A stretch of DNA of 64,000 nt from Phaeosaccion multiseriatum (Eukaryota; Protista; Ochrophyta, other classes), in the NCBI GenBank assembly GCA_965112735.1, contig OZ218951.1, forward strand, positions 2,232,001 to 2,296,000, read 5' to 3'. How positions within the stretch are numbered: the first letter of the stretch is position 1; each line of letters begins with the position of its first letter. Shown here one piece after another: positions 49,706 through 62,572 of the stretch. Position numbers and translations under genes: made by a program. The notes beneath the pieces are model-generated. The model was given only the letters and a program-made list of their open reading frames with translations. It had not been told where the DNA came from and did not search any database.

Positions 49706-52700
49706 GTAGGCAGTGCGTCGCGAAATTCATTGCACTAGTGTTGGTGTGTCCGGCACCAACCCCCAACAGATGTGCGAGCAAGGAGGAGGCGCCCATTGTG
49801 ATAGCCAACCACGTGTCGCCCTTCGAGCCGCTCTTCCTCGTGTGCAAGACGAGGGCCTCTCCCATTCAGCGCATCGAGGACAGCAAGGCGCCCATCGTGG
49901 GCAAGATACAGAGGGTGGGTGGGTCCAGTTGCAGTTGTAGTTTTCTGTCTGTCTCTCTCTTTCTCTCTCTCTCGCCCCCCCTCTCGCGCTGCCTCCTGCG
50001 AATTCTGTGCTCAACTCTCCCCTCCACCCCTTCTCCCCCTCGCACGCACACACGCACGCACACACGCACACACCACACACACACCTACACCCTTCTGTGG
50101 TGGCTGGACTCCTCAGGCCTTCCAACTCATCTTCGTCAACAGAGCCGACCCCCACAGCCGCAGAGACACCGTTGAAACCATCAAGCGCCGGGCGGACCCA
50201 GACTCAGGGGAGAGCTTCTCACAGATAGTCATCATGCCTGAGGGTAAGGAAGGAAGGAAGGAAGGAAGGAAGGAGCAGTTCAATCTTTGAGGACGGGCGG
50301 ACATGAGAAAAGTACCACTGTACATAGGTATGGATTAATAGCTCACCTACACGCCCTTCCCTCCCTCCCCTCCCCTCCCTCCCTTCCCCCTCACCCCACC
50401 CACTCCCCCCCACCCCTCCAGGCACCTGCAACAACCAACGCGCACTCATCACCTTCAAAAGCGGGGCCTTCTACCCGGGTCGCCCCATCCAACCCGTCCT
50501 TGTTCGCTACCCGTATAAGTGGCTAGACCCCTCTTTCCCTGCCGTCTCCCCGAGCCTTGGTGTCCTCTTTTTGAAAATGATGTGCCAACTGTGGAACACG
50601 CTGGAGGTGGAGTATCTCCCCGTGTACAACCCTTCCCAGGAGGAGATTGCCAACCCGGACCTGTATGCCGCCAACATGCAGACCCTCATGGCTGCGGGGC
50701 TGGGCATTCCGAGCACGCAGCATGCGTATGAGGACGTTTCGCTTCAGGTACGGGTAGTACGGTTTGCCTCCCTGTGCAGTATGCCTCTCCTATGTCTACC
50801 ATATGCCTCTCAGATGCCTGCCCTTATGCCTCTCATATGCCTCTCATATGCCTCTCATATGCCCCTCATATGCCTCTCATATGCCTCTCATATGCCTCTC
50901 ACATGCTTCTCATATGCCTCTCACATGCCTCTCATATGCCCCCCATATGCCTCTCATATGCCTCTCAGATGCCTGCCCTTATGCCTCTCATATGCCTCTG
51001 CCTATACGCCTGCCCCCCCCCCCCGGTCTGAGGTCGCCTCCCCTCTCCCGCGATGTGACGTGATGACACGATCTGATGATGCATTAGGATGGCACTCAAT
51101 TGTACATGTCCTACCCAACCCTCTCCCCATCCTACTCACCATGCCCCCCATCATTTGCCGCTCCTCTTGTCCTCTGCCCTTCCCCTCTGCCCTCTTGCAT
51201 TTGCCCTTACCCTTGCCCTTGTGCCTTTGCCCTTTGCCCAAACGGAACTCTCCTCGAAACTCAAACTGAAACCGAAATACAGTTTGCGGCCATGAAACTG
51301 AAACTTCCTGCGGAGGCCGCTGTGGTGGAGTGGGGCAAGGTGCGGGAGGCGTTACAGATCAACACCGAAACCGCACAGCTCTACCTCAAGCACTTTCAGG
51401 GGCTGGACAAGGACGGAGATGGTGAGTGGATGGAGGTGGATGAGGGTTGGTGGAGGCGTATGCAAAGAAGGATGGGAGGTATATGGGCAGAGCGTCTGCT
51501 CTTTGCCCTCGGCTGAAATGAAATGAAACGTACGCATACATATTCACCACGTGTGCCTGTCACTGCACACCACACCTCACATGCCATACATACACACACA
51601 CACTCACTCACCCACACACACACACACACACGCACACACACACACACTCACTCGCCCACACACACACGCACGCACAGGCAAGCTGAACTTCGAGGAGTTT
51701 GCAGGAGCATGGAGGAGCAAAAACCTCTTGTGGGCGGCGGGAGGAGGAGGAGCAGGAGGAGGGGGAGGGGACTTGGAAGCCGGAGAAGGCCGGGGGGGCA
51801 ATGAGGAGGAGGAGAAGAGGAGGAAGAGGAAGAAGAAGAAGATGAGGTGGCCTTGGGAGAAGAAGGAAGAAGACAAGAGCGAGAACGAGTCTGAAGGCGC
51901 TCACGGGGCTGACGCGGTTCACAGGGAGGGGGCTAGGGAGGAGGAGGGGAAGGAGGGAGGGGAGGAGGAGGAGGAGGAGGCGGGGCCCATCGAGGCATTC
52001 AAGAGCTTCATCAAGGATATAGAGGAGGATATGGAGGAGGAGGAGGCGGAGGAGGGCCTGCGGACCCTAGACGACGAAATGGTGAAAATCTTTGAGCTAT
52101 TCGGTACGTAACGGAGGTGGTTACTTACGTAAGGGATTTGCGCAGGTGACGGCACTAAAGGCAGGGCTAGACAGGACAAGGCGACGAAGCCTTGCTACTA
52201 TGTTGACTCCCCCCCTGTGCCTCCTCCCCCTCCCCCGTTCTTTTCTCCTTCCCTCCTTTCTTACATCGCTCGACGACCCCCAGCGCCCCCCCTCGTGTCC
52301 TGCTGCCCTGCTGCAGCTTCGCCTCACTCACTCACTCACGCACTCACTCCCTCCCTCACTCCCTCACTCACCTCACTCACCCCCTCACTCACCTCACTCA
52401 CTCACAGACGTCGACGACTCCGGCATGATCGACTTTCGCCAGTTCCTCACTGGCCTAGGTGCGTGAGCGTGTGTGTGGGACGCGTGATGAGAGCGATGGG
52501 CGGACGGACGGAGAGAGGGAGGGAAGGAAGGAGGGAGGGAGGGAAGGAGGGAGAGAGGAGGGAGGGAGGGAGGGAGAGAGGGACGGAGGGAGGGAGGGAG
52601 AGAGGGAGGGAGGGAGAGAGAGAGGGAGGGAGGGAGGGAGAGAGGGAGGGACGGAAGGAGAGAGGGAGGGAGGGAGGGAGGGAGGGAGGGAGGGACGATG

Positions 52701-53937
52701 GTGCAGTGCGTCGACACCCTCATGGTCTCTCGAAGGCCTTTAGCAACCTGTGCTGCCCCAAGTCTTACGAAGGATCGATATCTTTAGCTTACTTCTCTTT
52801 TGTGCTTGCTCCCTCTCAACTGTTTGTGCCCCTTCTCGGTGTGTATGTGTGTCTGTGTGTGTATGTGTGTGTGTGCCTTTTGTCCCCTCCTCTGCCCTTC
52901 CCTTTGAAGCGGTGTTAAACGGGCTCTCCAGAGAGGGCTCCATCGACTCCTTCAAACTTGCCTTCTCGGTCCTTGACAAGGAGGAGGTGGGGAGCATTCA
53001 GACCACGGTGAGGAGGCAAATGGGCAGGCATATGGGCAGGCACACAGGCACATGGGCAGGCAGGCAGGCGTATGGGCAGGCATATCGGCAGGCAAGCCTC
53101 TACTGTGCAACCGCGTGGGGCTAACATACGTTGGATGCCGCCACCCTCATCTAAAGCTCTCCCTCCCCTTCTCTCTATCGTGCCCCCTTCGTACCCACAT
53201 GCCTGTGCTACGCATGCAGGAGCTGGCGGCGTTTCTCCGGCGTCTGTTTCCGAGCATGCCCTTCTCCAAGGCGGGGGAGATGGCAGCAGATGCCGACAAG
53301 AAGGGCTCGGGAAGGGTTAGCAGGGACGCATTTTTGGAGTTTGCGAAGAAGGTATGTGTGTGTGCGTGTGTGTGTGCGTGTGCTTGCGCGTGTGTGTGCG
53401 GGCCCTACTCTCGTCTTGCTTGAAAGTGTTTTGCTTCCCTCCACCCCAAACCACCACCACCCCACCCCTCATGTCCCTGGACCATGGCCTCCTCCCCCTC
53501 CCTCTTCTCTCTCCTACACTAAACCTGCTGTCTTCCATTCGACCATCCTCTCTCCCTTGCCCCAGAACGAGGCGGTGCTGAAGAGCTACACCTCTCTCCT
53601 CTTCAATGAGATTGTGGGCACAGATTTTGACGCTTCCGCCTTTGAGCAACAGCCATGGCTGCCGGATGAAGAGGACATCAGCGTCACAAATGGCACAAAC
53701 GTCAGCACTGGCGCTGGCGACGACGGTAGCCAGCACCAACACAGCAGCAGCAGCAGCAGCAGCACCAGCCTTGGAGGGCCGGGGTTAGCGAGAATCAAGA
53801 GCCGGAGATTGCAGGGCTGGCAAGTGGGCCCCAGGGGGGAGGAACCCGAGCAGAGAACCCCGGGGGGCACCGGGCCGCACGGCCAAGCGTACCCAGGGGT
53901 GGAGGGCTTGCATCAGGGGCAGGCGTCGATGGTATGA
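48065..53937 (+). CDS. Lysophospholipid acyltransferase with C-terminal EF-hands (LPEAT2/LPCAT type), multi-exon
   Basis: N-terminal TM segment (LVPIRAVLTIV). Acyltransferase motifs ANHVSPFE, FVNR, PEGT, FKSGAF, PIQPVLVRY, EVEYLPVY. EF-hand loops DKDGDGKL..EEF, DVDDSGMID..QF, DKEEVGSI, DKKGSGRVS..AF. Confidence 0.9.
50780..51000. repeat. 11-bp minisatellite (ATATGCCTCTC)n in an intron
   Basis: Directly visible tandem units. Confidence 0.88.
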
Positions 53938-54557
53938 AGATGATGGCTCGCTCCTAAGGAGGATGATGATAGCTCGCTCCTAAGGAAGGGCTGCCCTGGC
54001 AACTGCAACGGCAACGGGGCGATGCGTTTGTTAATAGACGACATGGCAACGGGGGGGGGGAAATCATGGAGTGACTCCTTCCCAGCTCCACCACACGGTA
54101 CTCTCACCTCAAACCCCCCTTGGCCCAAGCCCTCCACAGGGAGGCGACACCGAGGCTCATTTCCCTCAACTTTTCGCTCTATCCGCGAATGAGAAAACTG
54201 CCAGCCTTTGCTCGTTACAAAGTGAGTGAGTTAATTCGTTCTCTTTTTTCTCTTTTTAAAATCAAAGTTGGGCCTTTCTCGCCCCTCCTTTCTCGTCATG
54301 TGTGTAGAAGTGCTTGCACCCGGTCCCTGTGAAAGCAAGAAAAAAGAAGCCCGTACATGTAAAAAAAGGGGAAAGTGGTGTTCTAGATTTTTGTCCCAAT
54401 TCTATGAGAATTTTGAATTTTTGTTTTTCAACCGAAACCAAACCCCAAACCAACCGGGTTTGCATTTTTGCGGCATGGTGGCCCCATTTTTTTTTCCCAT
54501 TTTGCACGGGCCAGCCACACAACCACCGGAGTCGTCGCAGTAGCCACACGTAGAAGT

Positions 54558-57103
54558 ATGCACGGGTGGGCTCTCTTGGTCGTTCTGTTGGGGTGCTTGG
54601 CGCCTTCTGCGTGGGCGACATCATGTGTTGCCGAACAATGTATAAACCCTTCTCTTTGTTTCGCTCTTACCCTCAGCGGCACCTCTGGTTTGGGAACCGA
54701 ACAGAACCCCATCATATGCAGTAACCTCGGCTGCGCGGTAAGTTTGGGACTCGCTGCTGCTGCTGCTGCTGTACTAGCTACGGGCTGCTCTGGGCCTGGC
54801 TGCCCCGGCCCCCTCTCGCTGCATGTGGTTCTTGCTTGGCTGCTGCCTGAGGATCTTAGTTTCCCCTCCCTTTTCCCAGAGGCTCTTTTCTCTTGACGTT
54901 GCTTGGCCTAACCCAGCCAGCCCCCACTGCCTCTGCTCCTCCCTCCCCCCTCTTCTTTGCTCACTCTTCTTTGTGCCCCCCCGGCCGGTCCGATTCGTCT
55001 GGGCTGGTTGAACACAAGGGCTTAATTTTTACGGTAGCTACGCACGTTCTCATGATGTTCGGTGGCGATGGACCAGCAGGCATGGATGGGGCGCGGAGCA
55101 TGCTTGATCAAGGCTCATTCGCTCGGTTGTTTTTCACACTCCTTGTCTTGCTTGTCCCCCCCGCCCCCCCCCCTTTCTTGCGTTTAGCTTAGCTACTTGT
55201 TCCCCCCCGACCACCTTCCTTGGCTTCCCCCCGCCCTCCTCTGTCCCGCGTCTCGCCCGCCCCTTGCCTCACCCCCTCTCTGCTCCTCTCCCTCACTCTT
55301 CTCTCTTCACTGATGGACCGGCCGTGCGCCCACCACCAGGATTGTTTCATTGACTGCAGCCTTGATCCCACCATGCCGGACGATGTGTTTACGTGTGCGA
55401 AGGTAAGCGATGGTATGCCAATGGATGGACATTGTTACCAAGTCTTCCCACCTGTCTGTCCCTGTCTCTTATTCTGTTCTTCCTCATCTGTCCCCCTCCC
55501 CGATGTTTGGATATCAGCCATGTTTGAGCTGTTTAAAGCAATCCCTCCATGCATGATATCACACACCTCGCTCATAGCTACGCTCGACCTGCCCCGGCAT
55601 CCTCTCCCTCTTGCTCACCGCACTGCCTGGCTGCTCCTCATCAAAGTAGGAAGGAGGCCAGGTGCCGATTCTTGAGGGCGACGACTCCTGCTGTACCACT
55701 GATTGGTAAGCAAGCTTTCAAAGGTCAAGGGTTTTGGTACGAAGTATTGGCAACAAGGCATGGGAGAGAGTCACACCTTCTTGCGCCTGTTCATGCACGT
55801 GCCACACACCAAACCAGCCAGGTGTATTCCGATCTCAGGCCCTCGCTCCTCTTGCCTTGTTCTCTCTCATGGGCTAGCTATAGCTAAGCTGAAGATGGAA
55901 GCTCATTTCGTTGCCATCATTCTCACACGCTGCAATATGCAACCTAGTTCTCTTACGCCCATCCACACGTTGCTCTCCCTCCCTCCTTCCCTCAGCCCGA
56001 CCGGACTCGACGTGTGTCCGACGTCGGGCGTCAACAGCGACCCCGTCGTGATGGGTCTTAAGGGTCAAGCCTTCCTGTTCAAGGGCCTCCACGCCAAGTG
56101 GTTCGCCGCACTCGCCGAGAAGCACTTGCAGTGGAACTGGCTGCTCCATGTCTTCGAAGAGTGCGAGAATGGGCTCCTGCCGGTAGGTGTCTCAGCTCTT
56201 CTCGCTCATTTCATGCAACTTGCCTGCCAGTCGATGGTGACTCTTGACAGTGCGTGGACTCCCTCTAACCTTCTCCCTCTGGCTCTGGGCGGCTTGGTCC
56301 CTGCCTTCCCCCTGCACCTCGTTTCTCTTTCACAGACCTATGTGACTCGGCACGGTATCACCTTGTTTTCTGAGGACGGCTTGGCGGAGTACGAGATTGA
56401 TGTCGGCGTGAAGGACGTGACCAAGTACAACCCAGGATGCCCGGCGGGCGAGGGCGACGCGTGCCTCGGCCAAGGCTCCCTGGAGATGATTATCAATGGG
56501 GAAACGGTTACGTCTCCCGGTGAATACGAGCTCGAGAACGGCGCGTCGGTCCGGGCGTTCAACAATGTCGGGGCCTGCCAGATCAAGAGAGACAGGCACA
56601 TGATGCACCGTCTCGAGGAGGAGGAGGAGCAGCTCCGTTTGGCGACGCAGCGTCGTCTTGTGCTCGACGAGGAAGACCCGGCATCCACCGCCGACCTTCG
56701 TGCCCTGGATGTGCTTGAGGCTCGTCTGTACACGATGGAGGACCGCGAAGCGTGCTCGGCCTGGATCGCCGAGAAGCGTACTACCCGTGACCTCTTCGAC
56801 TCCCCCGGCAGTTGGGCCTCAGTGTACATCAACACCTCCACCTACGCCTTCCAGATCGACTACCGCCAAGAGACTGAGCGCAGCCACGCCCACGTTGTCG
56901 ACGCCACCATCCTGCTCTCTCCTAATGACCAGGGCGTGGAGGAGTGGAGCGGTGTCCTCGGTGAGACGCAGAGCCTCAAGCTCGACAGTGCCACTGGCCA
57001 GGCGGTCAAGGGGCGTGACGCCATCCTCAGCTCCCCGCACGACGAAGACTACATTGTGGACGGGCCTTGGGGAACTGCCTTCCCCGCGCGTGGTTCCTCC
57101 TAA
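54558..57103 (+). CDS. Secreted protein with Cys-rich N-terminus and a root-cap/VWD-like C-terminal domain; exons 54558-54737, 55340-55402, 55650-55705, 55996-56182, 56336-57103
   Basis: Signal peptide MHGWALLVVLLGCLAPSAWA. Domain motifs SDPVVMGLKGQAFLFKG...WFAAL....LQWN, and later H.D, SGVLGET and EDY.V. Introns are phase-consistent. Confidence 0.75.
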
Positions 57104-57516
57104 GTGGGGAAGTTGTTCGCGAGAAGCAAGGACAAGAGGGGGGGGGGGGGGGGGTGGTGGGGGTTACTTTTCGACTTCAGGGTGTTGGGGTCTCGGGGCT
57201 GATTCGGGCGTCTGCTTTATGAAGGGGCAAGAGGGCGCAGCGCAGCAGGGTCAACGTCATGCTGCTGAGACAAAACTTTATTAACGTAGACGCGAACACA
57301 CGCGTCCAATTTGGGTAGAGAAGGTGTCGGACGGAGCGATTGGGACAAGCAAGGGCAATGGTGCGAGAAGGGGGGAGTGTCGTACGAGTAAAGGGATATC
57401 ATGGTTTGTGGGGCTCGGGGGGAGGAGCAGTCCCACGATGACAGTATTGTAATAGCACAAAAACAAACAAAAAAATAAGAAAACTTTTATGTGTTTTGTT
57501 ATAAGCGCATGTGATA

Positions 57517-57712
57517 CCATGTGATACATCTACCATTGTAAGCCCATGTGAAATCTACCACAGCATTGTAAGCCCATGTGATATATCTATCACGTATTGT
57601 AATAAGCCAAAGGGAGAAAGGGAGACTATCACCGTATTGTAATAAGCCCATGTGATATACCCATGTGATGTATCTACCACAGCATTGTAAGCCCATGTGA
57701 TACATCTATCAC
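57517..57712. repeat. Degenerate tandem repeat (CCCATGTGATA.ATCTA.CA..ATTGTAAG)
   Basis: About 6 imperfect copies lie between two convergent genes. Confidence 0.75.
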
Positions 57713-57817
57713 AGTAGTGAAACTAAGTATAAAAAAAATTGTGTCAAGTCTCAAGTCTCCCCCAAAAAAAGCGTCTTCAGAACATACGCCTCATGAGGTT
57801 CCGCGGTCACTCACTCC

Positions 57818-58553
57818 TCAGCGGCACTGCTGCTGGGCATTGTTCCACGAGCAGGCGAACGCCGAAGAGGCCCAGCACTCACACTCGCCACGGGAGTAGA
57901 AATCACCGCACCATTGACGCCATCCCAAGGCGGCGCAGTTCACGCTCGAGGGGGGACTCACTGGGGTGGGGCTGCCACCACCACCACCACCACCACTACC
58001 GCCGCCGCCGCCGCCAGTGCCACAGCTCCCGCCGGACCACGAGCACCCGAAGGAGGATGCCGTCCAGCAGTTGCACGAGGCAGCGTCAGTGATGGCGCTA
58101 CAGCTTCCCGCCCATCCCAGAGCGGCGCAGTTCACGTTGGAGGGGGGAGACACAGGTGTAGGGCTGCCACCACCTCCACCTCCACCACCACCACCGCCGC
58201 CGCCGCCGCCGCCGCCAGTGCCGCAGCTGTTGCCTGACCATGAGCACCCAAAGGAAGAGCCCGTCCAGCAGTTGCACGAGGCAGCGTCGTTGAAGGCGCT
58301 GCAGCTGCCTGCCCATCCCAGAGCGGCGCAGTTCACTCCCGCCGAGGGACTCCCGGGGGGTGTCACAGAGGACCGGGGGGGCGTAGTGGGTGGTGGTGGT
58401 ACATCGGCGTTGAGTGCCCTTGTGAAGCTCCGGTACGTGCAACCGCGGGAGTACTGATCCCACCATGCTCGGTTGTTGGAGGGAGGGTATGTCTCGGGCT
58501 GACAGCCGGGGGAGCCCACCACCTTTGAGCGTTTCATTTGCGTTCATTGCGTT

Positions 58554-58608
<55 letters not shown>

Positions 58609-60540
58609 TTGTGTTGTGTTTTTGGGGTGGCGCGATTCGGGTTGCAATGTAACGGTGGGCGTCGAGAGGGGAAGGTGGGGAGGAGTAGAGGGTGAGGGGG
58701 GGGGGTTAGGGCGTGTCTTATCTGACGAACAAGCCTGCAAACAAAAAGTAATGACTCGCCCCTCTGTGTGTTTCTGTGTTCCTTCCTACAGGGTAGTGAC
58801 ACGCCCCTCTGCGTGCCTTTCCACGCAACTCTTTGCACCGCCCTCCCTTCCTCCATCCATCCGTCCGTCTGTCCGTCCCCTCCCTCACTCCCCTCCCTCC
58901 CTCCCCTCCCTCCCCTTCCCCTCTCTTCCCTACCCTTCCTCCCCGCCCGCCCTCCCTTCCTCCCCTCCCGCCCTCCCTTCCTCCCCTCCGCCCCTCCCCT
59001 CCCTCCCCTTGTTGACTGCTTAGCGACTAGCGACCGGACTGGCGGACTCAACTCACCTCCTCCTCGCACTCCCTCGCCTCCCCGGTGCTCGTGTTGTCAC
59101 AAATAGTCGACATGTATCGCTGAAAGAGCGCGTGGTTGACCATAGCTGAAGGGTGGCTGTCGATGTCGATGGGTTGGTTGGGTCTACCACTTGCCGTACC
59201 ATCCATGTTCAAGTATCCGAGACCATTGCTGGCAGCAGTCTGGGAGTGGGAAGGAAGGGGGGGTCGGAGGGAGGGCGAGAGAGAGGGAGAGAAGGAGGGA
59301 AGGAGGGAAGGAGGGAAGAAGGGGGAAGAAAGAAGGGCACACGATGGGGAGAAGGTGTGGGCGAGTGAGAGAAGGAGGGGCACGCAAGATAGACGAATCG
59401 ATGTGCACCTACAGCCCCCGAGAGGCGATATCTCAACCCGCCTTTCGCCTTCGGTATCTCAGAGTGGACATTTGACCCACCCGCACGCCCACGCGCATGC
59501 CCACGAGCACGTCCACATGCTCATGAGGCGGGCACCCCCCCCTCTCTCTCTCTTTGTCCACCACCCCCAATCTGCCCGTCACTCAATCACGCCATGGCGC
59601 CATCACGCACGCACCCACACACACACCCACCCACACACACACCTGCCGAATGACATCATCCAACGCCCGTGTCGAAGGCGAGTACCTCCTCAGCCCAGTG
59701 AGGGTAAGGTCGAGGTTGGGGAAGTCCCTCATTATCCGTTGCACTACAGGAATGTACTTGCGTTCAAAGTACAGCGTCTTTGCGGCCGTGGACTGCCCCT
59801 GGAGAGCCACGAGCTCGGGCCCCTCGGGGAGCGACCGGCAGGCAAAGTTACTCGCCCCCTCAGAGGAGTCCATACAGAAGGTATACCATAACCCGACGTA
59901 AATGACCATGGTGCCGTAGTCTTCGGACCGCCCCGCCGCCTGGAGGACGTCCAGTTGGTCGTTGAGCATGTCTGGGGAAAGAGGCGCGTCCCAAACGATG
60001 CTGGCGTCGCCAAGGAAGGAAGACCCTTGCCGGACGTGCTCGAAGACCTTCAGTTTGTGGAGGGCGCGAGTAGGGGCGGGGGTAGAGGGTAGAGGTGAGT
60101 GAGTGGGCATGGGAAGGTGGTCAGAAATGCCGTGGGGGAGGAGGGGGGGGGGAGGGGAGGGCACAAAGGGAGAGAGAGAGAGAGGGGGGGGGGGGGGAGG
60201 GGAAGGGGAAGGCATCTTGTGTGCTTGTACAAGTACGTACACTTACATACACAACTCAATCATTCATTCATGGTGAAGAAGCACCCTGCCAGCACCCCAA
60301 AACGGTCGGTTCACCTACCTGCTGGCAGCCGTCGCCGTATCTGACAGCGCTCTTTAGATCCACCATGCCAGCGTTCACATCCATCACCATTTGCACGCAG
60401 CTGTCCATCGGGTTTCCGCTGCTGCTGGAGCCATCGCCAATCCATGTGGAATAGTCGAAGTTGGAGTCGATCTGATTGTTGAGCTGCTCATTCGACCAGA
60501 GCAGAGCAGAGGAGAGGGAGAGAGAGAGAGAGAGGGAGAG

Positions 60541-60582
<42 letters not shown>

Positions 60583-62002
60583 GGAGGGAGGAGGAAGGGA
60601 GAGAGGGAGAGAGAGGAGAGAGTGAGGGTGGGGTGGGGTTGTGTGGGTGAGTTGAGTGTTCGGTTGGTAGGAGAGTAGGAGGGCAAAGGAAGAGAGGAGG
60701 GAGGTGGGGAAACAAGCACCCTTCTGTGTGGCTCAATAAAATCTTCAAGACGTCGCTCTTTGACAGTCCGCTACTGCCCCCCACCCCTGTCTCCTTCCCT
60801 CAGGAGAAGTAGGTACATGCATCAAAAGCTTGACTCCCATTCTTGATAGAGTTGCTGCAGCTATTCACTCCCCACCTCACTCACCCCACCCCCCCAGCAG
60901 CTCAACGAGAAGGCGGAACCCCAATTTGCTGAAGTTGGAACCCCAAAGTCACTCACTCACCCACGGCCCCGCCACGAAGATGGTGCCCATGAGGGCTGAG
61001 GAGCCCAGGATCATCAGTGTGTAGGGGGCGTCTCCGACACGGCCTAGTCAGATGAGAGAGAGAGGGTGTGTGTGTGGGAGAGAAGGGGAGAGAGAGAGAC
61101 AGAATGAGGGAGAAAGGGAGAGAGAAGTGGTGCGAGAGAGGGCGAGAGAGAGAGGGAGGGAGGGAGGGAGGGAGAGAGGGAGAGAGGGAGGGAGAGAGGG
61201 AGAGGGAGGGAGGGAGAGGGAGGGAGGGAGGGAGAGAGAGGAGGGGGGGTGAGATTGGAGGGATACACGAGATAGAAAAAAAGATCGGATGCAAAATACA
61301 AGCAAAGAGGAGGAACAGAAGGCCTGAACTCTCTACTCAACACGTTGTCACTCACTCCACCCTCTCTAGTCATCACGTAGTCACTTACTCTGTGCCATGC
61401 ACTGGACGGCTTCCGTCTGCGTGTAGTAGTGGAAGTGGCATGTGTGCGACCCTGAGAGAGAAGGGAAGAAGCAATGTGGCGCACAAACGTGTTAGGCAAC
61501 AACAAAAGGGCACAGATGGAAGAAGAGGGGGGGGGGGAGGGGCAAAGAAGAGAGAGAGAGAGAGAGAGAGACGAGGGGCTTACCCGAGAGCTCGAATGTG
61601 TTGCACAAACGGTTACCGCTGCTGTCGGTATCACATCTGTATGCTCCCTCATCCGCGGTGTTGACACATCTAGGGGTACATCCCTCCCGAAGGTTCGGTT
61701 GGGGGATGTTGGCCACGACTTCCGCACCGGCGTTCACTGGAGTGGGGTGCAACAAGAGAAGCGAGGGGAGGGAGCAGTAGGAGGTTGGCAAAGGAGCTCA
61801 CAGGTCACATAGAGGAGGACTTGGCCATCCTGGCGGAAGGTCCTTCGTTCTCTCACTCGTTCACGCTCGCAACCCCTCAGACAAAGGGGCCCTTCTGAAG
61901 CCCTCCTTCCACAGTCCTTCCCACGTGCTATCTCTGCTCACCGTGGGCGATGGGGGCCAGCAGCAGCAGGAGTGCTGCCGAGGCGAAGGAAGACGTCGCC
62001 AT
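57818..62002 (-). CDS. Secreted SGNH/PC-esterase-like protein (~605 aa) with three C-terminal Cys/Trp-rich repeats; exons 62002-61942, 61736-61584, 61451-61389, 61043-60961, 60483-60319, 60047-59643, 59239-59057, 58522-57818
   Basis: Signal peptide MATSSFASAALLLLLAPIAH. Motifs C.F..Y...EA..C...LMILGSS, VIYVGLWY and IDIDSHP. C-terminal VNCAALGW repeats are joined by Gly/Pro linkers. Exons sum to 1818 nt and are phase-consistent. Confidence 0.72.
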
Positions 62003-62572
62003 CCTCCCAAAGTCCTGCCTTCTAATTTTAAATGGTGCGGGTTCGTACGCGTCACGCTAAATTTATCACACGCCCTCCCTGTAACCAGCGTGACCCTGCA
62101 CAGGAGCAGAGAGAGCAGCCCCAACAGCAACGCCTCTATGATCTGGTTCGACCCTCCCAGCTGTGTTCGACAGGGACTCCTTGATGATACCACCACGTGC
62201 ATTATTTTTTTTTTGTTTTCGCGCCCCTTGAAATTTTTCAATCGAGAGTAAAAGAGAATTCACAGTATAGCAGTTGGTTCTCTATGGTTTAGAACGGCCT
62301 GTGTGGGTTGTGGGAGCGAGAGTTAAAAAGCTCTAATCCTCAGCGGCGATATGCCTTGATGTTCGGCGGCGTATGCTCAGCACGCTGAAGCAGCAGCAGC
62401 AGCAGCAACAGCAGTAGGAAGATGGAGAGAAACACCATGGTGCACCCTCATCTTCTTTCTGCAGGGACAACGACTGGTGCTCAAAGCGGGCTTCGCGCCA
62501 GTTGCAGGAGAGCTCACAGCTCGATAAGACTGGGCCAGGGAATACGAGACGCTCATTTCGCGTCACCGCCAT

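Noticed and set aside
57517-57712. Possible CRISPR-like array or relative of the 41-bp intronic repeat
   Set aside because: No unique spacers, and similarity to the other repeat is limited to a short CCCATGT..GATATAT core.
60720-60790. Candidate extra exon (GGSSGLSKSDVLKILL) in the esterase-like gene
   Set aside because: Available acceptors give a stop in the required phase 0, and the flanking exons join cleanly without it.
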